In this document: piece by piece, positions 36,101 to 42,950 of the stretch
Layout of the letters: every line of letters starts with the position of its first letter
Numbering within the stretch: the stretch's first letter is position 1
From: Planctomycetaceae bacterium
GTDB lineage: Bacteria > Planctomycetota > Planctomycetia > Planctomycetales > Planctomycetaceae
Assembly: GCA_021732975.1 (NCBI GenBank)
Contig: JAKFWC010000024.1
Span: forward strand, 247,634 to 311,633
DNA: 64,000 nt
Direction: 5' to 3'
Program-made: the position numbers and the translations under genes
Notes under the pieces: generated by a model
Seen by the model: only the letters and a program-made list of their open reading frames with translations
The model's database searches: none
Told to the model about the DNA's origin: nothing

Positions 36101-39100
36101 CGACCACCGACAGCACGACAGGAGTCAACGATGATGAAGGCGAACTGGCAACAGTGTGAGTGGCTGGGGTGGAAGCGTATTCGCGACGCTCCAGATCTGC
36201 GGGCGATGTCGCTTCCAACAGCGCGATGACATCCGACAATCGATGCAACGTCTGCAATTGCTCCGGCGTCACCGCGGGCAATTGCGGTAGCTGTTCCTGC
36301 AACGCCGACAAGATTTCGACGCGTTTGATGGAGTCGATACCCAGATCGTGATCGAGACTCATCTTCGGTTGCAGCATCTCAACGGGGTAACCCGTCTTGG
36401 CAGAGACGACCGACAACACGATGGGAGTCAACGCTCCCGCCGAAGTTGGAGCAACAGGTGCAACTGGAGTCGTGACGACCGTTGGTGTTGAGATCGCCGG
36501 TGCGGATGACTCCAGCAACGCGATCACATCCGACAGGCGATGCAGCGTCTGCAATTGTTCCGGCGTCACCGCGGGCAATTGCGGTAGTTGTTCCTGCAGC
36601 GCGGAAAGAATTTCCACGCGCTTGATCGAGTCGATGCCAAGATCGTGATCCAAACTCATCTTTGGTTGCAGCATCTCGACGGGATAGCCGGTCTTCGACG
36701 AAACGACGGCCATCACCATCGGCGTGAGGGCGTTGCCGGATGGCACTGTCGGAGTCGGTGCGAGAGCCGCGGGAGTTATCGCTACCGGTGTCGGGGCCAC
36801 AGCGCGGGGTTGCGGTTCGACGCGCGGCGTTGTCATCGGCGCGGGGGCCGGAGCTGCGATGGGTGTGACAGTTGGCGTCGGCGCAGCAACGGTTCGTGCA
36901 AACGGGACCGTGGGAACGCCGTTGCCGCGTGCCAGCGCTTCGAGTGTCCGCAGCGCCGATTCCTGGCCTTCGAGGAACTGCCGATGGAGCCGCGAAGTCT
37001 CTTCGTGCATCTTTTGCAGGACACCGAGAGCCGATGCATTCACGGGAGCACTCACCATCGATGCCGATGAAACAGGAGCCAACGGGGCCACCACCCTCGG
37101 CGGTGTCCCCACAGAAGCCATGGGGCGCGGAGCCGTTAGAGGTGCCGGAGTCGGAGCCTTCGCTGGTCCCGCCGCAATGGGTGCAACGGCGACCGGTAGC
37201 TTCATCGGCAGACGCGGCGGTTTCGGCGTGCGCGGTTTGATGTAGTTCGCTCCCGACAACGGCACACGCAACCGCTGTGGATCGAGTACGGGCGGTGTCG
37301 GCGGCGTCGGGTCCCAACCGGTCAATTTGACGGGATGTCCCGCCACGGCAACTTGCGCCACGGCCACCGCCAGATCCCACAACCCGGCCCGCTTGCCCAT
37401 CGAGGCATCGAGCGCGACGGCCCGGTATTCACGGCCCGAAAGAATCGAGCCGACCAAGCCCGTCAGCACATTTCCCGGGCCAACTTCCACGAATGTCCGT
37501 GCCCCGGCGGCGTACATGTTCTCGATCTGCCGCACGAACTCGACGGGTTGTGCCAACTGCCCGGCGAGCAAGTCCCGCGCTGCCCCGGCGTCCTCGGGAT
37601 ACTCTTCGGCGCTGCTGTTCGCAAAGACTGGCACCTCAGCCGTGGCGAAGTCGACATCATCGAGTTCCGGCCGGAAGCGTGCCGACGCCGTCGCCACGAG
37701 GGGACTATGGAACGCCGCAGCGACAAGGAGTTTTTTGCCGCGGATGTTCTTCCGCGCGAAGAGTTCCACCGCGCGATCAATGTCCGGCAGCCGACCGGAC
37801 AGCACAACCTGATTCGGACCATTGCGATTGGCGATGACGAGATCGACCGCGGCGTCCTTGATCGTTTCTTCGACCTGCGACAACGACGCTCCGACGGCCA
37901 GCATGCCGCCGTCGAGTTCCTGCGCTTCGGCCATCAACCGGCCACGCAACATCGAGAGCCGATACAACGCCGCCGGGCGAATCCGCTTCGACGCACACAA
38001 TGCCGTGAGTTCGCCGTAGCTGTGACCCGCGGTGACTTCCGGTTTCACGCCGAACTGTTCCAGGACCGCGAGCGCTCCGAGACTTACCGCGCCGAGCGCC
38101 GGCTGTGCAACCTGTGTGGCCCGCAGCGCGCTGTCCTGTTGTTCGCGATCTTTTGTATCAAATACTGGCGGCGGGTAGATGAGATCGCTCAGTCGCGCCG
38201 CATCATTAGATGTCTTGCCCGCTTCAATATAGGCCGCATTGGCTTCGGCCAGCACGTCCTGCATCACGGGGAACCGGCACGCCAACTCGCGCAGCATGCC
38301 GACCGATTGCGATCCCTGACCTGGGAATAACACCGCGAGCCGACCGTCACACGCCCCACGGCTGTAGAAGACACCATCCGGGGTCGACCATGTGGACTTC
38401 TCCGCATACTTATCGAGCAACGACACGGTTGTCGTGACCATGCCCGCGAGGTCGGCTTTCTCTCGATCGCAGACCATGACCAAGCGATGTTCGTGACGGG
38501 ATTGAAACGCTGTCCGTGTTGCTGCGGCGCGGGTGCGAAGCTGATTGACTTCGACTGGCGATTGCCATGCCGCAAGTTGCCGCTTCACATCGGCGAGCGA
38601 TTCCCCCGAGAACGACAATAGCAGCACATCGTCGTCCCAATCGGCTTCGGGCACCGCGTTCGGCGACTCTTCCAGCACGCAGTGAAAATTGCTGCCGCCG
38701 AAGCCGAACGCACTCACCGCCGCCCGTCGCGGGTACTTGTCGCTTGGCATCCACGGCCGCGGCGACGTGTTCACATAGAACGGGCTGGTGTCATCATCGA
38801 GGACATCTTGCGGCCGTTCCACTTTGATCGTCGGCGGCAACACGCGATGCTGCAGCGCCAGCACGGCTTTCAACAATCCCGCGGAACCGGCCGCCGCTTT
38901 CGTGTGACCGATCTGCGACTTCACCGACCCGAGCGCACACCATTTCCCCGTCCGGCCCGAAGCGCGGTAGACCTCGTTCAGGGCCGCGACTTCCGTCGCA
39001 TCGCCCACCTTCGTGCCGGTGCCGTGTGCTTCGACGAGCTCAATCGTGTCCGGCGTGACCCCCGCGGTTTTGTACGCATCTTGCAGGCAACGGATCTGGC

Positions 39101-40067
39101 CTTCTTTCTTCGGGGCGTAGACGGCGTTGCCAGCACCGTCGCTGGATGTGCCGATGCCGCGCAGTAATGCATAGATGCGGTCGCCATCGCGCTCGGCGTC
39201 TGCCAACCGCTTCACTGCGACAACACCGATCCCTTCACCCAAGATTGTGCCGTCGGCGTTGTCCGCGAACGGCCGGGCATCCCCGGTCGCCGACAGCGCC
39301 GGCGTCTTGCTGAAGCACATATACATGAAGATGTCGTTGAACGTGTCGACGCCGCCGGTCAACACCATGTCGGCCCGCCCCGACCACAATTCGAGAGCCG
39401 CCAGATGCAACGCACTCAGCGAACTGGCACACGCCGCATCGACCACGCAGTTCGTGCCGCCGAGGTCCAGCCGGTTCGCAATCCGCCCCGCAACGACATT
39501 CCCAAGCAACCCCGGAAACGAGTTCTCCTGCCACGGCACATACGACTCGCCGATGCGCTCAATCACATCCGCAGCGACATCGTCCGGCACCCCCGCATCT
39601 TTCAATGCCTGCCGCCACTTCGGATGTCCGAGCCGGGCCCCCAGCGGGATCACCATCTCCAACGCCCCGGTCACCCCGAGGATGCACCCGATCCGCGACC
39701 GGTCACACGGCTTGCCGTCGGCTCCATACCCGGCGTCTTCCAAGGCCCGCTTCGACGCCACGAGACCCAGCAGTTGCGACGTATCAATCGCTTCGAGATT
39801 GCTCGGCGCGATGCCGAACTCAAGCGGATCAAACGGCACCGGCGACAGGAACCCGCCGCGCCGGGCATACGTCATGTCGGGCCGTTTCGGGTCGGCATCG
39901 AAGTACGCTTCCGGCCGCCAATGCGTCGACGGAATCTCATCGATGGCATCCACCCCCCGGCGGATGTTCGACCAGAATTCACCCGCGGACGCGGCTTTCG
40001 GGAAGAGGCAGCTCAAACCAACGATGGCCAGCGGCGATGAGACGCTGGAAGCACCGGAATCACTCAT
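33123..40067 (-). CDS. pfaA: PfaA-like iterative type I synthase (PUFA / secondary-lipid synthase subunit A): KS-AT-4xACP-KR-DH
   Basis: KS spans ~38664-40034 (DAACASS Cys213 at 39429-39431, EAHGTGT, GHTKAAAG). AT spans ~37428-38339 (GHSYG Ser683 at 38019-38021). Four ACPs carry LGIDSIKRVEIL. KR spans ~34173-34856 (VTGGARGVT, GQIDYAIANE). The PKS-type DH spans ~33168-33965 (LADHVLGGKAVVP, DVALQ). Confidence 0.9.
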   Translation of the reverse strand: MSDSGASSVSSPLAIVGLSCLFPKAASAGEFWSNIRRGVDAIDEIPSTHWRPEAYFDADPKRPDMTYARRGGFLSPVPFDPLEFGIAPSNLEAIDTSQLLGLVASKRALEDAGYGADGKPCDRSRIGCILGVTGALEMVIPLGARLGHPKWRQALKDAGVPDDVAADVIERIGESYVPWQENSFPGLLGNVVAGRIANRLDLGGTNCVVDAACASSLSALHLAALELWSGRADMVLTGGVDTFNDIFMYMCFSKTPALSATGDARPFADNADGTILGEGIGVVAVKRLADAERDGDRIYALLRGIGTSSDGAGNAVYAPKKEGQIRCLQDAYKTAGVTPDTIELVEAHGTGTKVGDATEVAALNEVYRASGRTGKWCALGSVKSQIGHTKAAAGSAGLLKAVLALQHRVLPPTIKVERPQDVLDDDTSPFYVNTSPRPWMPSDKYPRRAAVSAFGFGGSNFHCVLEESPNAVPEADWDDDVLLLSFSGESLADVKRQLAAWQSPVEVNQLRTRAAATRTAFQSRHEHRLVMVCDREKADLAGMVTTTVSLLDKYAEKSTWSTPDGVFYSRGACDGRLAVLFPGQGSQSVGMLRELACRFPVMQDVLAEANAAYIEAGKTSNDAARLSDLIYPPPVFDTKDREQQDSALRATQVAQPALGAVSLGALAVLEQFGVKPEVTAGHSYGELTALCASKRIRPAALYRLSMLRGRLMAEAQELDGGMLAVGASLSQVEETIKDAAVDLVIANRNGPNQVVLSGRLPDIDRAVELFARKNIRGKKLLVAAAFHSPLVATASARFRPELDDVDFATAEVPVFANSSAEEYPEDAGAARDLLAGQLAQPVEFVRQIENMYAAGARTFVEVGPGNVLTGLVGSILSGREYRAVALDASMGKRAGLWDLAVAVAQVAVAGHPVKLTGWDPTPPTPPVLDPQRLRVPLSGANYIKPRTPKPPRLPMKLPVAVAPIAAGPAKAPTPAPLTAPRPMASVGTPPRVVAPLAPVSSASMVSAPVNASALGVLQKMHEETSRLHRQFLEGQESALRTLEALARGNGVPTVPFARTVAAPTPTVTPIAAPAPAPMTTPRVEPQPRAVAPTPVAITPAALAPTPTVPSGNALTPMVMAVVSSKTGYPVEMLQPKMSLDHDLGIDSIKRVEILSALQEQLPQLPAVTPEQLQTLHRLSDVIALLESSAPAISTPTVVTTPVAPVAPTSAGALTPIVLSVVSAKTGYPVEMLQPKMSLDHDLGIDSIKRVEILSALQEQLPQLPAVTPEQLQTLHRLSDVIALLEATSPADLERREYASTPATHTVASSPSSSLTPVVLSVVASKTGYPVEMLQPKMSLDHDLGIDSIKRVEILSALQEQLPQLPAVTPEQLQTLHRLSDVIALLEATSPPDLGRREGASAPATPIAAHTNGSLTSIVLSVVAAKTGYPVEMLQPKMSLDHDLGIDSIKRVEILSALQEQLPQLPAVTPEQLQTLHRLSDVIALLEASAPPEPTANRPTVTASGSVVASLPGYEPSAAITETADLTAQLVRGEVRAVVLTDEPRERLALPTVGEFWITDDGTELSLQLAKQLTAAGFKPRIVHFDEPTAHAPHGSLAGLVILSPAGGMSDQRLWNALEWLQKSGPALHQTTRRGQAAVLATVSRLDGACGFGEGLLIDSASGGLAGLSKTVRHEWPEITCKAIDLGGDWSPAEAATALCRELLHQGPLECGLTPNGRTTVDVIASSVPTVTATPLSAGDLVLVTGGARGVTAAAALALAKAVKLRMVLLGRSAPPAVEPDWLKPLAAEIEIKQGLAKYAGVTSPRNLQQQCQQILAQREVSKTLQELKKAGAAAEYHAVDVRDITAVCRLVEQLQRDYGPVRGLIHGAGVLADQKIEDKTREQFDKVFDTKVVGLRNLLGAVSAESLRVLALFSSFTGRYGRTGQIDYAIANEVLNKLAQQFQRREPGCRVVSFNWGPWDGGMVHGGLKALFAKEGVGLIPLDAGAELFARDVQQPATGAVEVVVLGPGSKPLTSAGTPIPAETGTPEPQLGIAVDARVGWERDISVAKFPILADHVLGGKAVVPVALVTEMLAHAVMHRHPGLEFLGLDRLKIFKGVRLDGDEVVKLQVMIGRTTRAGGRFLIPAQLVSPREGHPVIHAVADIWLGNVVPDADVSKLSVKGSPCALDRFYPQLFHGPGLRGLERIDALSEEGFVAWSHTSPAPTEWSREPIRNAWLADPLAVDVALQALIVWSLSQSEIPCLPCGIGRYRQFRRSFPTAGVQITAKVTHKTDHLIRADIEFTDQAGQLVARMEDVENVVDGSLLPAFEQRQLV
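35607..36728 (-). repeat. Four tandem ~300-bp coding repeats (ACP domains) inside the pfaA-like gene
   Basis: The ACP units lie at ~36507-36728, 36210-36431, 35907-36128 and 35607-35828. Phosphopantetheine serines are at aa 1147, 1246, 1347 and 1447. The plus-strand shadow ORFs in the track repeat the same peptide four times. Confidence 0.95.
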
Positions 40068-40373
40068 GTCGCAGTCAACCTGACAAGGCAGCCAAAAACC
40101 GCAGCCAGCTCCCCCGGAGCATACCGCGCGCGACCTGTAGGATACCGTTTCCGCGCCCCAAAGGGGACTGCGTTTGCCGCGGGAAGCCCGGTTTCTGACG
40201 TCGCGATCCCATCGACTTTAACGGATGCGACGACTTTGCGAGGGGATGGCACTGCTTGATCCATGATCACACGGTGTCGATGTGCCACTGCTTCGAGTAC
40301 GAAGCAGTGGCACTTTCACGCGTTTTCCTTGCATGGAGGAACGATGCCACCCCGCCCACCCACGAGCCGGTGG

Positions 40374-41399
40374 TCAGAACTCGCCGATCACTTCCGCCTG
40401 GGCCTTGGTCCCCAGCGCACCCCACACACCGTAGCGGCTGGGACCAGCTGACGGGAAACCGGTTAATGTCCCCGGCAACCAAGCCGTCTTATCGCCGGTG
40501 TCGACGTGATTGCTGAAGAAACGGACGCTGCCGTCGGCCAGTGCGGCATGGACGCCCCCGGTATGCCAACTCGTTGCGGTGGTGATTCCCTGGCAACTAC
40601 GGCTGTTGGGGGGCAAGACAGCCATAAAACCATCGTATTGGCCAAAAAAACCGTGGGCCCAGAAACGGCCGTTCCCTAAGATATCCCCGGGTAGTGTGCT
40701 GTTGAGACATGCGGAGGGCTGACTGGTGGCCACTAATGTGTAAGTTCCCAGTTTTTCGCTTGAGGATTGATACAGAGCGCGTTCGGAGACCAGCAGCGTC
40801 TGACTGACGCCATCGGTGAAATCGCGCCATCGGTTCACATTTCCAGCTCCAAGAAAAATGTTTTCTCTGTCAAAAGCACCTCGCTTGCTCGCGATACCGC
40901 TGCCGGGTGGCCCATCTCCCATGCAAAAATGGTAGCTGCGAGGAGGCCCACGGTAGGCTGGGCCTAATACGGCGACGGGAGCGGAGAGGGGTGAAGACGG
41001 ACACAACAACACGGCAATCGGGCCGGGGGGATGCGGAAAAGTAGCCTGTTGTGGATTCCCTCCCTGATTGGGAGCAGTGGCGATCCGGTTCCAAAGCGGT
41101 CCCTGATCAAGAAACGGCAATAACATCACCATGCCGCTCAGAAATCCGTCGTTGGAATTCGCGCCGCCTGTCCCGCCGCGATTGGGGGGCAACGTGCCGT
41201 GCGTATCGGAATAGTTGTGAACCGCCAACGCTATCTGCTTGAGGTGGTTCTTGCACTGTGCCCGCCGGGCCGCTTCCCGCGCCTGTTGCACCGCGGGCAA
41301 CAGCAGTGCGATCAAAACGGCGATGATCGCGATCGCCACCAGCAGTTCGATCAATGTAAAACCGCGGTAACGCAGCGAAGAAATGGTTGACATCACCAT
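40374..41399 (-). CDS. DUF1559 protein with a prepilin-type N-terminal methylation motif and H-X9-DG motif
   Basis: [34 protein letters not shown]...[15 protein letters not shown], with C-terminal [12 protein letters not shown]. The start is ATG 41399 or 41393, and the track start at 41552 is probably too early. Confidence 0.9.
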   Translation of the reverse strand: MVMSTISSLRYRGFTLIELLVAIAIIAVLIALLLPAVQQAREAARRAQCKNHLKQIALAVHNYSDTHGTLPPNRGGTGGANSNDGFLSGMVMLLPFLDQGPLWNRIATAPNQGGNPQQATFPHPPGPIAVLLCPSSPLSAPVAVLGPAYRGPPRSYHFCMGDGPPGSGIASKRGAFDRENIFLGAGNVNRWRDFTDGVSQTLLVSERALYQSSSEKLGTYTLVATSQPSACLNSTLPGDILGNGRFWAHGFFGQYDGFMAVLPPNSRSCQGITTATSWHTGGVHAALADGSVRFFSNHVDTGDKTAWLPGTLTGFPSAGPSRYGVWGALGTKAQAEVIGEF

Positions 41400-41567
41400 G
41401 CGTCCCCGAAGTGGGTCGACCGAACCACGCCGCCATCTTTGCGTGCAAGAAACCATCGAAGTGCCATGGCTCGGCGACTGTCGACGATAACAATCGAAAA
41501 AGGTGGGGCAAGATTGGTTGTTTTGTTTCTGGGACATTCCTGAAAAATTCATAACGATGGCGGGTGT

Positions 41568-41593
41568 CCCAAACGCTGTCCGCAGCGTTTGGG
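41568..41593. repeat. 11-bp-stem hairpin CCCAAACGCTG-TCCG-CAGCGTTTGGG
   Basis: Read directly. It is intergenic, between two co-directional minus-strand genes. Confidence 0.7.
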
Positions 41594-41604
41594 TTCACGA
41601 GTTG

Positions 41605-41684
41605 CGTAGGGTGCGTTGCAACGCACCTCTTTGTTTACCTGTGTGAGACACTCGTCCTTCTTGTGCGTCGCGACGCACCCTACG
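41605..41684. repeat. 80-nt inverted-repeat element, CGTAGGGTGCGTYGCRACGCAC arms (family D)
   Basis: The left arm at 41605-41626 and the right arm at 41663-41684 are reverse complements with 2 mismatches. Each arm is itself a small hairpin (GTGCGT-NNNN-ACGCAC). Confidence 0.8.
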
Positions 41685-41719
41685 GACCTGACGTTCACCA
41701 GTCGCGCATGGTTTCGGCT

Positions 41720-42559
41720 TCAGGGCGACATGGGCTCGACCGGCTGGATCCTTAAGAAGATGAAGTGGGGATTGTGGCCGACGTAGAGTTCGGTCTTGCC
41801 GCATTCCCAGACCGTCTGACCGTCGCGCTGGACGGTTGCCGTCGCATTCGTGAACCGTGCGAAGGCGATCCGCCAGCGTGGTCCGTCGGATCGCTTCTCG
41901 GCTTCCAGCAGCAAGAGCACTTCCGGGTCGGTTCCCTGCACAAAGGCAAACAGACCACCGTCGAGCGCACCTTCGACATCCGCAGGGTAACGATACAGCG
42001 GTTTGGGCAGGAGCCGCAGATCGCCGGGCCGCTCATTCGCAACTTGGGAAGTCAATCGCGCCGTGTATTGCTCCGCGATGCGGCGCATCTGAACGAGGCG
42101 CAACGACGCCGTCGCTGCCGGCTCGGGGGCATCGGGAACGGCAGTCCACACGATGCCCGGCCGCTCGGTCTCCCATTGGGGCACCGGCCCCCGTTTGCTC
42201 ACCCGTGGCGCGTGCTTCGACCGCAACGGGCCGGTAGCCAGTGAATGCAGTTCATTGGAGACCCAGCGGTGTTGCGGATCCTCCGGAGGGATGACCGTCC
42301 AGATCGAACCGATACACAACGGCCGGCCATTCCGTGTCCAGACAAAGGAAGCGCCGTGCTGTTGAAGACCCCGCTCGGGGTTCGTGTACTGCAGAATGGG
42401 CGTCGGCTGAAGTTTCAGCGGATGAAAATCGCCGCCACCATCCTGGGCCTCAATTTCGTACTGGGCCGCCGCGGCTGCGTAAAACTTGAGCCAGGCTTGA
42501 AATGTTGCGGCGTCTTCTTCTGCCGCCAACGTGCTGACCAGTAAAAGTAAGACCAACAT
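41720..42559 (-). CDS. Hypothetical secreted protein
   Basis: 279-aa ORF with an N-terminal signal-like MLVLLLLVSTLAA. I recognise no family. Confidence 0.55.
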   Translation of the reverse strand: MLVLLLLVSTLAAEEDAATFQAWLKFYAAAAAQYEIEAQDGGGDFHPLKLQPTPILQYTNPERGLQQHGASFVWTRNGRPLCIGSIWTVIPPEDPQHRWVSNELHSLATGPLRSKHAPRVSKRGPVPQWETERPGIVWTAVPDAPEPAATASLRLVQMRRIAEQYTARLTSQVANERPGDLRLLPKPLYRYPADVEGALDGGLFAFVQGTDPEVLLLLEAEKRSDGPRWRIAFARFTNATATVQRDGQTVWECGKTELYVGHNPHFIFLRIQPVEPMSP

Positions 42560-42950
42560 CGGCAGCCTCGTGAAAAGAAATTTGCTGCATCACATTAACA
42601 AGACGGTTTGTCTTTGTGCAATTGAAAGAGGGCGTGGTGGCTGGTGTCGGAGTCTGCGAAGACCCGGCATGAAGTATGAATCCAACGCCTCCGGGGCGGC
42701 GAACACTTCCCCCATGTCCAAATTGACGGTGAGCCACCCATCAGAATCGGCTGATTTGGCAAATCGGGTTCCACGGAAACGAAAACACACTTGTGAGGAC
42801 GTTGGTCACAGTTACGATGGAAATGAGTTTAGTGACATAAATATGTCTAAACATCCGTTTCGATGGGCTTCCTCGGAACGATTCCCTGTTGTTCCCGGCA
42901 CCGCTGTTGATCAGCGACCTATGCTCGGAACGAAATCGTAAGGTCCGTTC

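Noticed and set aside
35607-36728. A regularly spaced ~300-bp repeat array that could look like CRISPR or a satellite.
   Set aside because: The period is ~300 bp, it lies entirely in-frame inside the PfaA-like gene, and each unit encodes an ACP domain. No 25-40 nt repeat and spacer structure exists anywhere in the window.
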